Part shown: positions 26,767-36,117 of the stretch, one piece after another
Layout: every line of letters starts with the position of its first letter
Numbering within the stretch: position 1 is the stretch's first letter
Virus record (IMG/VR): IMGVR_UViG_2541047905_000004
Location: 1 to 48,006 of that record
Strand: one strand, 5' to 3'
DNA: 48,006 nucleotides
Origin: a virus
Lineage: Duplodnaviria; Heunggongvirae; Uroviricota; Caudoviricetes
The notes under the pieces: model-generated
Told to the model about the DNA's origin: nothing
What the model saw: the letters and a program-made list of their open reading frames with translations, nothing else
The model's database searches: none
Made by a program: the position numbers and the translations under genes

Positions 26767-27667
26767 CCGTTCCTCCGTTGGTTACGCTCCACTGCGTACA
26801 TGATGCCGCCTGTGTTTTGTTCAGGACCACATCCGCCAGAGGAGAAGCCAGCTCCACACGCTGCACACCCTCAACATGCAGTGCGGCAAAGATGGCGCTA
26901 CGGCGAATATCCCGACCAAGACGCGTCTGACTGGCGATGTACTTCTGCAGGCTGGCTTTTGCCGCTGCCATTACCGGCTCTGCTTCCGGTCCCGGATAGA
27001 GAAAAATGGTGGCTTCCACGCGATACGGGATGATTTCTGCGCTGCGAACCGTCAGACGGTCAGCCACCGGGCGGACGTTCTCACTGTTCAGAGCTTTTTC
27101 CACCACGTCCAGCAGATCTTTTTCTGCAGTTCCATCGCCTTCGCGGCTAAGGACAGTCAGCACCACCTCTGCAGGTGCCGGGCTGGTTGCACTGGCATCC
27201 GCCACCCGACCGTCGGCGCTTCGGGCATGAAATTCATAAGCTGCAGTTGGCCCCGCAACTGAAAGCCCTTCAAAGGCTGCAGGCACACGCAGGCGTAACG
27301 CTTCATCGCTTTCCATCACAGCTGCAACGGGCGGCACAGCGTCATTATCAGCAGGCGTCACCGTCAGGCGTTTCACGTTGTAGTTGGCAGCGAGCTGGTC
27401 AAGATCGCTGCCCATAGCGTAAGCCACCATCACAGCCTGCGCGGCTTCGTTAATGCGCTGGCGCAGAAGCAACTCACGGTAAGCGTTCTCCTGCAGCAAT
27501 TTGGTGACGGGTTCAGATTCCAGTTCAAGCGTGCGGATCACTGCTTCCTGCTCATCTTTCGGATGAAGCGCAACAAATTCGGCCTTGCGTTCGGCAAGCA
27601 GCGTCTCAAAGTCCGGCACATCCACAATCTGCGGCGCAGGCAACTGCGAAAGGTCAATCACTGCCAT
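26759..27667 (-). CDS. J: Baseplate assembly protein J (mirror copy)
   Basis: Mirror of 20654..21562; identical translation. Confidence 0.85.
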   Translation of the reverse strand: MAVIDLSQLPAPQIVDVPDFETLLAERKAEFVALHPKDEQEAVIRTLELESEPVTKLLQENAYRELLLRQRINEAAQAVMVAYAMGSDLDQLAANYNVKRLTVTPADNDAVPPVAAVMESDEALRLRVPAAFEGLSVAGPTAAYEFHARSADGRVADASATSPAPAEVVLTVLSREGDGTAEKDLLDVVEKALNSENVRPVADRLTVRSAEIIPYRVEATIFLYPGPEAEPVMAAAKASLQKYIASQTRLGRDIRRSAIFAALHVEGVQRVELASPLADVVLNKTQAASCTQWSVTNGGTDE

Positions 27668-28013
27668 TCTCTGCTCCTGTTGATACGGAAAGGGAAACAG
27701 GCACACCGTTATTACGCCGCCCGGTCAGCTCCACCACCATTGAACCGTCAAAATTGCTGTTAATGGTGATGGAATCCAGCGTCAGCCGTGGCTCCCAGCG
27801 ACTCAGCGCCACATACACTGCCGACATGACCTGCAGGCGTAACGCCGGATTTTGTGGCTGGTCTATTAGCGCCAACAGCAGGGAGCCATATTCACGACGG
27901 GCAATACGGCTACCCTGCGGTGTCAGCAGAATGTCCCGCACCGACTGGCGCAGATGGTCAATATCAGTAATGGCTTTACCGCTGGTATTGTTCATCCCGC
28001 TATAAAGCGTCAT
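27654..28013 (-). CDS. W: Baseplate protein W (mirror copy)
   Basis: Mirror of 20308..20667; identical translation. Confidence 0.8.
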   Translation of the reverse strand: MTLYSGMNNTSGKAITDIDHLRQSVRDILLTPQGSRIARREYGSLLLALIDQPQNPALRLQVMSAVYVALSRWEPRLTLDSITINSNFDGSMVVELTGRRNNGVPVSLSVSTGAENGSD

Positions 28014-28588
28014 ACCGGGCCTCCGGTTGTGTCGCCGCCTTTCAGGACGCCAGTATGCTGATGCGCATCAACGACGATCCCGTTAGAACTCATCACTCCG
28101 CCGCCCTGGGTAACGCCACCATTGATCACTACTTCGCTGTTAATACGCGTGCGGTCAGCCTCCAGCACAAACTCACTGGTTTTCAGGGTGATGTTGTCGG
28201 CAGTCTCAATGACCATGGATTTGATGCCCCTGACATACCAGCGCCCGGTGGTGGGTTCGTATTCAAACCAGCCGCCGTCAGGATGTTCTGTCACGCAGGC
28301 GTCTGCCGACGTCGACGGTGGAGCGAACTGATTCGAATAGATGGCGGGCAGCGCAAACGCGGTTTCCAGATTGCCTGCCAGACTCAGCACCACCACCTGC
28401 TCACCTTCCGATGGTCGCCACCATGTGCGGGCATTCCCGGCACGCAGCGTCAGCCAGCTGATCCAGTTGGTTTCAAGGTCGCCCGTTTTCACCCGGCAAA
28501 GCCAGTTTTCCCGGTCCACTTCGGTGACTACACCAGTGCGGATCAGGTTAGTGATAAGGCGCATGATTTCGGTTAATTGTGCATTCAT
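28010..28588 (-). CDS. V: Baseplate spike protein V (mirror copy)
   Basis: Mirror of 19733..20311; identical translation. Confidence 0.85.
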   Translation of the reverse strand: MNAQLTEIMRLITNLIRTGVVTEVDRENWLCRVKTGDLETNWISWLTLRAGNARTWWRPSEGEQVVVLSLAGNLETAFALPAIYSNQFAPPSTSADACVTEHPDGGWFEYEPTTGRWYVRGIKSMVIETADNITLKTSEFVLEADRTRINSEVVINGGVTQGGGVMSSNGIVVDAHQHTGVLKGGDTTGGPV

Positions 28589-28636
28589 AGCTTAAAAAAT
28601 TGCCACATATTGGGCGTGTCCCAAATGGATTGTAAT

Positions 28637-28654
28637 TGTCTGGAACTTGATACA
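28637..28654. promoter_or_regulatory. Late promoter TGT-N12-ACA site upstream of V (mirror copy)
   Basis: Mirror of 19667..19684. Confidence 0.4.
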
Positions 28655-28744
28655 ATTCTCTTTAGAAACAATTCAGTAGATAGTAAACTGTCCCAGTTCT
28701 CATGATGAGGCGATTTGGTTTAATAAAGGTTAGGTATCTCCACT

Positions 28745-30541
28745 ATGTACATAAAAAAAGTAGAGCTTAAGAAATTCAAAAAATATAAAAACTCAACAAT
28801 ACAATTAAATGACGAATTAAGCCTCCTAGTCGGCGGGAACAATTCCGGTAAGTCATCGTTACTGCAAGCAATGGCAACGTGGCAATTCTGTAAGACTCTT
28901 TTAGAAATTGAAAAAGGAAGAGTGAGTTGGACTGAAAATGCGACAAATCAAGGTGTCGGACTAGGCATTGTCGATTTCACGCCGATGTTTATACCGTCTT
29001 TAAGCCACTTATGGACCAATTTAAAATCTCAAAAACAAACAGAAGATGATGGTTATACTCTAAAGATAAAGCTTTTTTGGGATGATATTTTAAAAAATGA
29101 GAAGTTTTTAGAGATCGGTTTATCATTAGCAAATGATAGATTATTTATAAAAAATACATCTAGCAACCTTGCTTTACAAGAAATACAGAATGACGATGGT
29201 TCTCCAAATAATGAGAATATACCCCAGATCGCTTATCTCCCTCCATTTGCAGGTATTACAGACCGAGAAAGCCGTCTTAGCCCAGCAATGAGGAATCGAC
29301 TAATCGGTCAGGGGCTTTCTGGTGGAGTAATCAGAAATTCTATTTACGATATTCACTTAGAGAATCAAAACAAACGCCGGAAGTTAAAAGAAGGGCGAAA
29401 CAAAATCGCCAATAAAGACCTTAATTTATTAAGGGAAACAGATCCTTGGGAAATATTACAAAAAACACTCTTTGACCTTTTTTCTTTAAAACTTGAAGTA
29501 ACTCCATTTAATGAACAATATCATAGTTACTTAAAAATTGAATGTGTCGCTGGCGTTGTCAATGGTTATCAATTTAAAAAACACAAAAACTTCAATGCTA
29601 GAGATATTATGGTTGAAGGAAGCGGTTTTCTTCAATGGTTAAGTGTATATACATTGGCCTTATCAGAAGAATTTAATGTCATTCTACTAGATGAACCAGA
29701 TGCTCACCTGCATACACAATTACAGAAAAATCTAACTGAACGTTTAGAAGAGATAACAATTAAAAAAGGAAAGCAGGTCCTATTGGCAACACACTCTACT
29801 GAATTAATCAGGGCTTATGAACCACAGAAAATTTTGGCACTATCAAAGTCCAGAGGGAAATACCTTGGATCTGATAATGAAAAAATAGGTCTATTAAGTG
29901 GAATTGGCACGATCTTTAGCCCTAAAATCCATAAGCTTACCGAAGACAAAAAATTGTTGATTGTTGAAGGTGTTAGCGATGAAAGATTCCTAAAAAAAAT
30001 ATTTGAAAAGTTAGAACTAACATGGCCCAAAAATATTGTCACATGGCTTTGGACTGGAAAATCTTCAGAAAGATTTCAATTATACAAACAATTAAAAAAT
30101 GAAATTCCTGACTTAAAAGCCATTAGCATGCGCGATCGTGATGATGATAGCGACCATTCTGTAGGAGCTGATCTTAAAGATAAATCAACAAATCACGGCG
30201 ATAGTGATTTTTTAGCCATGAAATGGCGTCGCAGACACATTGAAAATTACTTTCTAGATATATCAGCCATCGCAAGAGCTGCAGACACATCTGAAGAAGA
30301 TATACGTAATTTCTTTAGAGATAGACATGCGTTAGCTATCCCTGATTCGATAACATCTACAGATATAGCTGCAGCCTTAAAAGACGCACATGGAAAAGAA
30401 ATTTTCATTAGTGGCGAAAATTCACTAAAACATAACTTCTCAATTACTCGAGATGAAGTTTTGGAACACATGAATAAAGATGAAATATGTGACGACATTA
30501 AATATTTTTGTCAATGTTTAATACATTTATCACAATCCTGA
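28745..30541 (+). CDS. OLD/PARIS-like ABC ATPase-Toprim fusion (mirror copy)
   Basis: Mirror of 17780..19576; identical 598-aa translation. Confidence 0.6.
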   Translation: MYIKKVELKKFKKYKNSTIQLNDELSLLVGGNNSGKSSLLQAMATWQFCKTLLEIEKGRVSWTENATNQGVGLGIVDFTPMFIPSLSHLWTNLKSQKQTEDDGYTLKIKLFWDDILKNEKFLEIGLSLANDRLFIKNTSSNLALQEIQNDDGSPNNENIPQIAYLPPFAGITDRESRLSPAMRNRLIGQGLSGGVIRNSIYDIHLENQNKRRKLKEGRNKIANKDLNLLRETDPWEILQKTLFDLFSLKLEVTPFNEQYHSYLKIECVAGVVNGYQFKKHKNFNARDIMVEGSGFLQWLSVYTLALSEEFNVILLDEPDAHLHTQLQKNLTERLEEITIKKGKQVLLATHSTELIRAYEPQKILALSKSRGKYLGSDNEKIGLLSGIGTIFSPKIHKLTEDKKLLIVEGVSDERFLKKIFEKLELTWPKNIVTWLWTGKSSERFQLYKQLKNEIPDLKAISMRDRDDDSDHSVGADLKDKSTNHGDSDFLAMKWRRRHIENYFLDISAIARAADTSEEDIRNFFRDRHALAIPDSITSTDIAAALKDAHGKEIFISGENSLKHNFSITRDEVLEHMNKDEICDDIKYFCQCLIHLSQS

Positions 30542-30547
30542 GAGTTT

Positions 30548-30991
30548 TTATTTAATAAACTCAAATAGCTTATTACGAATAACGGCGGTTATTTTAGAAT
30601 CTATGCCAAGTAACTGCCGCTCTGCATAACGGACCTCCGGTCCTTTGCGGCTGACGCGATCACGCAGGCCGTAATGGTGAACACGGGCAATGCGCTGTAC
30701 CTTACCTTCAAACTGCACGCTGGCAGAATCGGCGCTGGCGGCAGTTTTCAGGTATTTTGTGGTGCGCAGCTTTGCAAACATCTGACGTTTGATACGCCCC
30801 TTTTTACTGCGTGCTGTTACCCGTCGCGGTTCATAACTACTGCCATCTGGATTGCGCTGCATCCTGATGTTCTTCTGTTGTGTCCTGCGCAGTTCCTGCG
30901 CCAGCTGGCGCATCATGCGACTTCTCGTGGCTGGTTCCAGATTCGCCAGCAAGGCACTCAACCAGTCGTCCACCTTCTGCAGTTCAGCCAC
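30548..30991 (-). CDS. S: Tail completion protein S (mirror copy)
   Basis: Mirror of 17330..17773; identical translation. Confidence 0.8.
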   Translation of the reverse strand: MAELQKVDDWLSALLANLEPATRSRMMRQLAQELRRTQQKNIRMQRNPDGSSYEPRRVTARSKKGRIKRQMFAKLRTTKYLKTAASADSASVQFEGKVQRIARVHHYGLRDRVSRKGPEVRYAERQLLGIDSKITAVIRNKLFEFIK

Positions 30992-31415
30992 GTTTCACCG
31001 TCCACATTTCTTCAGGTTCATCGGGTTCTGCTACAGCTTCAACGCTCGACACACTGCCGTCAGTGCGGACCAGCACACGCTCCGTCAGTTGCAGGTTCAG
31101 GCTGATATCACAGACATCGTTGCGCAGAATATCCACCTCAAAGGTGAATAGTTTTTCCCGTAACGCCGGGTTATTGATGGCATCGGGCTGGTTATCCCTC
31201 AGCCACAGCAAAACCGGGGCCATCAGCAGATTCTGGTCGCCGCTGAAATCCTCAATCACCGCGTTCAGGGTGTAACGGTACTCCCACGACATGGAGCTGG
31301 CCCCTGTGGCAACCAGCGAACCGTTATCCACAAACAGATGCAGTTTGTCCGGGTTATTGCGGACATAAGGCACCGCTTTATTGAGGGCGTGGCGCAGGGA
31401 TTGTGGTTTGTTCAC
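30984..31415 (-). CDS. R: Tail completion protein R (mirror copy)
   Basis: Mirror of 16906..17337. Confidence 0.75.
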   Translation of the reverse strand: MNKPQSLRHALNKAVPYVRNNPDKLHLFVDNGSLVATGASSMSWEYRYTLNAVIEDFSGDQNLLMAPVLLWLRDNQPDAINNPALREKLFTFEVDILRNDVCDISLNLQLTERVLVRTDGSVSSVEAVAEPDEPEEMWTVKRG

Positions 31416-31668
31416 TGTTTCGCTCCTGACACGCAATAATCATGTCCACTTTGTCTGCACAGACCGCCCAGGCAGCCTCCGTTTCATCCAGCAACGCGTT
31501 CAGATCACCATTAGTGCGCGGCGCTGCCTGCTCCAGCCGACACGGCGTCACTCGCGGACAACCACTGACGGTAAGCTGCACCTCCGGTGAGCGTGGGGCG
31601 TTCCCGCAGCCGGATAATGTCAGCAGGCAAAGGAGTATCAGCCCAGCGGCGTAAATCCTCGTTCTCAC
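31378..31668 (-). CDS. o-spanin lipoprotein (mirror copy)
   Basis: Mirror of 16653..16943. Confidence 0.5.
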   Translation of the reverse strand: MRTRIYAAGLILLCLLTLSGCGNAPRSPEVQLTVSGCPRVTPCRLEQAAPRTNGDLNALLDETEAAWAVCADKVDMIIACQERNSEQTTIPAPRPQ

Positions 31669-31939
31669 GTTTCAGTTCCTCAATCCGGTGTTGTCGTTGT
31701 CTCAGCAGTGCGCTGGTCTGTTCTGCGTCGGCATAGAGCCGCGCCTGCTCCCGGTTGTTGGTTTCAGCCAGAATGGACAGACCGATCAGCTGGCTATTTT
31801 TCTTCGTTAGTTCCTGCGCTTTACTTTTCAGCGCCGCGCGCTGCGTTTCGATGGTGTGGCTGGCGCTGTTAAGCCGCCTCGACTGCCAGCCCAGCGCAAC
31901 GAGTGCCAGCGCCACCACTACTGCCAGAGCACGCGTCAT
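31511..31939 (-). CDS. i-spanin (mirror copy)
   Basis: Mirror of 16382..16810. Confidence 0.6.
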   Translation of the reverse strand: MTRALAVVVALALVALGWQSRRLNSASHTIETQRAALKSKAQELTKKNSQLIGLSILAETNNREQARLYADAEQTSALLRQRQHRIEELKRENEDLRRWADTPLPADIIRLRERPTLTGGAAYRQWLSASDAVSAGAGSAAH

Positions 31940-32451
31940 AGTCCAGCTCCTTTAAGGCACCAGGCCATCTCCCGCGCACGGCGGTTATCCAGCCCCTGAT
32001 TAAAAACACCTTTTACATAAACCCAGCGCGGCAACTGTCGGCACGCATCCGCCCAGCGCCGCTGATTGAGTAATTTCACCAGTGTGGAACTGCAGGCATT
32101 TCCCGTTCCCACGTTGAAGGCAAACGACACCGCAGCGTCATACACCTTCTGCGGCGGCTGTTGCTTCACACACCTTTCCAGCGCCCGCTCCACACGCAGC
32201 ACGTTGGAGATCAGCCCTTCCGCTGCCTGTCGTTCCGTAATGGTTTTGCCCGGGATGACGCCCGATGTATTACCAATGCCGTCGGTCCAGACACCCGCGC
32301 TGCACTGATACGGCTGCAGACGACAACCTTCGTAATCGGCAATCAGTTTCAGCCCTTCCACGGAGGTGTGAAGCTGCTGAAAACCCGGCAGCGTGGCAGC
32401 AATAGCCAGCACGGCCCCGACAAGGCAGCGTTTAACGATTGATGGATTCAT
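31936..32451 (-). CDS. SAR-type endolysin (mirror copy)
   Basis: Mirror of 15870..16385. Confidence 0.8.
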   Translation of the reverse strand: MNPSIVKRCLVGAVLAIAATLPGFQQLHTSVEGLKLIADYEGCRLQPYQCSAGVWTDGIGNTSGVIPGKTITERQAAEGLISNVLRVERALERCVKQQPPQKVYDAAVSFAFNVGTGNACSSTLVKLLNQRRWADACRQLPRWVYVKGVFNQGLDNRRAREMAWCLKGAGL

Positions 32452-32647
32452 AGTCCTCCCGCGAGATCTGCCCGTCGCGCAGAAGCTGGTAGGCTTTGTG
32501 TTTGTAGTACCAGTTGATAGCCAGCATCAGTACACCAATCATCAGGCCGCCCAGCGTTGAGGCATCCTTGATGGACAAATCGCCCAGCCAGGCCAGCACG
32601 ACGGCGATGCAATACGTGATAAAGGCGCTGATTCGCTCAAGCGTCAT
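32432..32647 (-). CDS. Holin (mirror copy)
   Basis: Mirror of 15674..15889. Confidence 0.6.
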   Translation of the reverse strand: MTLERISAFITYCIAVVLAWLGDLSIKDASTLGGLMIGVLMLAINWYYKHKAYQLLRDGQISREDYESINR

Positions 32648-32650
32648 AAT

Positions 32651-32854
32651 TCAGTCCCATAGCTGGACGGTCTGCACGGTGGTGGTGATCGGAATGTCCG
32701 GCAGCTCCACCTGCAGCCCGTGAGGTAAAAAGGGGCCGTGTTCGGCAAGCCCCGGATTTGCCTTCAGTACCTGCTCCGTGACACCCTGCGTGCGCCCGTA
32801 ATGACGCCAGCAAAGCGCGTCCACCGTGTCATACTGATGCGCACGCACTTTCAT
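32651..32854 (-). CDS. X: Tail protein X (mirror copy)
   Basis: Mirror of 15467..15670. Confidence 0.8.
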   Translation of the reverse strand: MKVRAHQYDTVDALCWRHYGRTQGVTEQVLKANPGLAEHGPFLPHGLQVELPDIPITTTVQTVQLWD

Positions 32855-33318
32855 CAGATAAGCTCCACTGTGCAGTGCGGCGCATCCTGTACCCGGCTGA
32901 TGGCCCAGCGGGCGTCACGCCACAAATCACCGCTGGCTTCTGCCAGTTCCTCGCCTCGCTTCACACCCGATGCCGTGGCGTCATAGTCCAGGTAACGTTC
33001 GTTGAGCATGGCGCGTGCCCAGCAGTAAACCGCGTTGAAATAGTGCTGAATGCGCTCGCTTTTGCCGTCCAGTTGTTCCGCCGGGACTTCTGCCAGCGAG
33101 GCATACCCCAGCATCTGCTGGCGTCTGCGAAACTCATACAGCTCTGCGTTGACCTCCGAAATTGCCGACAGCGCAACCTGCTTTAAACGCGGCTGCGTCA
33201 CCGTGCCGTCAGTGCGCATGACACTGCGAAACTCCGACAGGTCCACATCAGGCCAGAACGGCGTATTTCTGATGATTTCCGCCTGTTCCGGTGCCTGTTC
33301 TGGCGCAACAAACTTCAT
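32854..33318 (-). CDS. L: Head completion protein L (mirror copy)
   Basis: Mirror of 15003..15467. Confidence 0.75.
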   Translation of the reverse strand: MKFVAPEQAPEQAEIIRNTPFWPDVDLSEFRSVMRTDGTVTQPRLKQVALSAISEVNAELYEFRRRQQMLGYASLAEVPAEQLDGKSERIQHYFNAVYCWARAMLNERYLDYDATASGVKRGEELAEASGDLWRDARWAISRVQDAPHCTVELI

Positions 33319-33412
33319 GCTGCTTTCTCCTGAAATAAAGGGCGGTGGACGGGGTTTTGATGTGGCAGTGCCTTTCGCCACCCCGTGCCGCCCGTGCGCG
33401 GGGCACGTTCTG

Positions 33413-34063
33413 TCAGCGGCTGTCATTGCGCAGTCTGCGCTCCAGCTGCTGTTTGTCTTTTTTCACGCCACAGCGGGGATCGAGCTGTAACGCATGGTTG
33501 AGATGATTAAGGGCGGAAGCCGGATTGCTTTCACTCAGGACAGCGCCAATCGCTTTATGCAGACGCGCCCGTGACTGGTCCGGCATATCCAGACCGTCTG
33601 TCAGCTCCAGCGTCTGCAGCAACAGATCGGCATCAAAGCCGGTGGCGGCAAGCATTGCGCTCTGCGCTGCATCTGCCATTTCCTCTGCCAGCACGGTCTG
33701 CACGTTGCGGTTACCCAGCGGCATCACCCAGCCATGACGCAGGGCATGACGCCCGATCTCCAGCGCCCCGGCATAATCTCCGGCATCAATGCGCCACAGC
33801 ATCACATACATCAGCACGTCATCCTGTTGAGCGCCTCCGGCAGCCAGGACGCCCTCCGCCCAGGCGGCATATTTCGGCAGCAGCTCCACCTTTATTTCCG
33901 CTTTTTTCACCGTGGACTGAACGCCCTTGAGACGGCGACGGTCTTCCGCCAGTTGCAGCAGCATCAGGTCATAGCCCGACGCGTGGCGAACACTGCCGCC
34001 CTCACGGGCGGCCTGTTCAGCCTGAACGCGCAGGCGATGCTGCCGTGCGGGACTCAGGCTCAT
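33413..34063 (-). CDS. M: Terminase small/endonuclease subunit M (mirror copy)
   Basis: Mirror of 14258..14908. Confidence 0.85.
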   Translation of the reverse strand: MSLSPARQHRLRVQAEQAAREGGSVRHASGYDLMLLQLAEDRRRLKGVQSTVKKAEIKVELLPKYAAWAEGVLAAGGAQQDDVLMYVMLWRIDAGDYAGALEIGRHALRHGWVMPLGNRNVQTVLAEEMADAAQSAMLAATGFDADLLLQTLELTDGLDMPDQSRARLHKAIGAVLSESNPASALNHLNHALQLDPRCGVKKDKQQLERRLRNDSR

Positions 34064-34066
34064 GGA

Positions 34067-35125
34067 TTACGCTCCGGTTTCTGCTGCGGCGGCGCTGAAG
34101 TCGCCAATCTGGATGTTTTCCACCAGTGCGGCGCAGCGGTAGTCCTCAACCACATAGGCTTCGTTAACGGATTCAAAATTTTCAATCCGGTCACGTTTCG
34201 GGTTGTCGATAACTGAACGGCGGCGGGTGTCTTCCTGCCAGTAGATGGACAGGTTATCCAGACGGGTGATCAGCAGCGCATTCGGCGGAAAGAACGGCGC
34301 ACGCACGGCCTGCAGGCCACCCATGCGTTTCTGACTGATGATCATATCGGCAGCCAGTTTTTCACTGTTTTCCTGCTCTTTGTTGACCAGTGGGAAATAC
34401 TTGTCAGACAACAGTTCACGACCGCAAATCACCACCAGATCGTCATCGTCCTGGTAGACCACGTCGATAAGCTCATTGACGGCATCCATCACCACAGCGT
34501 CCAGGTTGGCATATTCGCCACCTTTACCGACTTTCACCGCGCCCGGTGTGGTTTCACCGCCTGTGGTGGTGCTGCCCATGACGTGATCCGGTGCATCCTC
34601 ACGGATTTTCTGCAGCCAGCCTTTGTTCACATCCTGCAGCAGCGGGTTTTCACTACGGTTGGAGGTTTTCGCACGCTTCACGCCGTTAAAGCCGATCATG
34701 ATGCGGTCCAGTGCCTGACGTTTCACGATGGCGTCACGGATACGCACCTGGAAATCCTGAAATTTCGCCCACAGGTCCAGCTTCGCGTAGGTCAGCACCG
34801 TATCAAAGTTGGTCTGCTCGCATTTGTATTCCACATCGACCATCAGCGTCGGATCGACAGGCTCACGCTCTTTCGCGGTGGTGTCAGTGGTTCCGGCAAT
34901 GGTGCTGCCAACACCCAGCCCCAGCAGCTGACCGGACTGCTCAGTCACTGGCGTGACGTTAATCAGCGTCAGGAAAGCGGCGGACTGCTGGATCTGGTCT
35001 TCCAGCGTCTGCTGCACAGACGGCTCCACGGTGAACTTGCTGGACAGTTCTTCAACTGCCACACCGTTCAGACGCGCCAGCTGCTGCAGGTAAGCGTTAA
35101 AAGCAAAGCGGGTATTCTTCTTCAT
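34067..35125 (-). CDS. N: Major capsid protein N (mirror copy)
   Basis: Mirror of 13196..14254. Confidence 0.9.
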   Translation of the reverse strand: MKKNTRFAFNAYLQQLARLNGVAVEELSSKFTVEPSVQQTLEDQIQQSAAFLTLINVTPVTEQSGQLLGLGVGSTIAGTTDTTAKEREPVDPTLMVDVEYKCEQTNFDTVLTYAKLDLWAKFQDFQVRIRDAIVKRQALDRIMIGFNGVKRAKTSNRSENPLLQDVNKGWLQKIREDAPDHVMGSTTTGGETTPGAVKVGKGGEYANLDAVVMDAVNELIDVVYQDDDDLVVICGRELLSDKYFPLVNKEQENSEKLAADMIISQKRMGGLQAVRAPFFPPNALLITRLDNLSIYWQEDTRRRSVIDNPKRDRIENFESVNEAYVVEDYRCAALVENIQIGDFSAAAAETGA

Positions 35126-35141
35126 CGGGTTTTGTGCTCCA

Positions 35142-35975
35142 TCAGCAATTGGTCAGAGTGTCAACGGGGGCGTTACCGCCTGTTGCACGCTGGCGGTAGT
35201 CCTGGCGGCTGTCTTCATGACTCAGCTTGTCCACCAGTTCGTTAAAGGCGGTTTGCTGTGCCTGCAGGGCTGTCTCCAGCTCAGACAGGCGTTCTTCCTG
35301 CTCAGACAGGGATTTTTCGGTGCGTGCGCTCAGGTTCTGCTGCTCAGTGGCGACCAGCTCCACGGCCTTATGCACATCAGAGAACCGGGCGTCATCGGAC
35401 TGCTCTTTTTTGGTAAACAGCGCCGTGACACGGGCAAACAGGGACGGTTTATCGTCCTGGATTTCTTCCAGTTCGATCACCGTTTCTTCTGCAGCGGTAA
35501 AGAGATTGGCAGGATTCTGCTTGCGGTTTGCCAGTGGGTTATGGGCTGCACTGGCGCTGAATGTCAGCATTTCCGTACCCAGACTGGCAGGGTCATCAGT
35601 GGCAGCCAGGCCGACCAGGTAGGCTTTGCCCGTATCAGCGAACTTCGGGCTGACTTCCATAGAGGTGAATAATTTCTGGCCTTTTTTCACCAGTTCCACC
35701 AGGGACTCCGTTGGCTCAACGTCGGCATACAGCGCCATCTTGCCTGCCAGCGGACCTTCCGTGATTTCTTCAGCAAACAGCTCCGTCACCTTGCCGTAGC
35801 GGTTAAAGGTGCTGTCCGGCAGATAAGACTTGATGTGCTCAAGGTTAATCAGCGCGGTATACACCGCCGGGTTGTAGCTGGCTGCCATCTGTTCCAGCCA
35901 TTCACGCTGGATTTCGCGTCCGTCGGTGGTGGCACCTTCCACCCCGATGCGAAAACGCTTTGCTTTCACTGTCAT
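35142..35975 (-). CDS. O: Capsid scaffolding protein O (mirror copy)
   Basis: Mirror of 12346..13179. Confidence 0.85.
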   Translation of the reverse strand: MTVKAKRFRIGVEGATTDGREIQREWLEQMAASYNPAVYTALINLEHIKSYLPDSTFNRYGKVTELFAEEITEGPLAGKMALYADVEPTESLVELVKKGQKLFTSMEVSPKFADTGKAYLVGLAATDDPASLGTEMLTFSASAAHNPLANRKQNPANLFTAAEETVIELEEIQDDKPSLFARVTALFTKKEQSDDARFSDVHKAVELVATEQQNLSARTEKSLSEQEERLSELETALQAQQTAFNELVDKLSHEDSRQDYRQRATGGNAPVDTLTNC

Positions 35976-36053
35976 GAGCCGTGCTCCGTTAGAAAAAACT
36001 TACTGGAGCCTTATGGTTGCGGTGATGGGGGCAGTGAAACAATGCGCGGTATT

Positions 36054-36071
36054 TGTACCGAGAACCACACA
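36054..36071. promoter_or_regulatory. Late promoter TGT-N12-ACA site in the P/O divergent region (mirror copy)
   Basis: Mirror of 12250..12267. Confidence 0.4.
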
Positions 36072-36117
36072 AACCGCAGGCGGGGAAAGCCTTCATTCAA
36101 GGCTGTAGGTTTGTGCC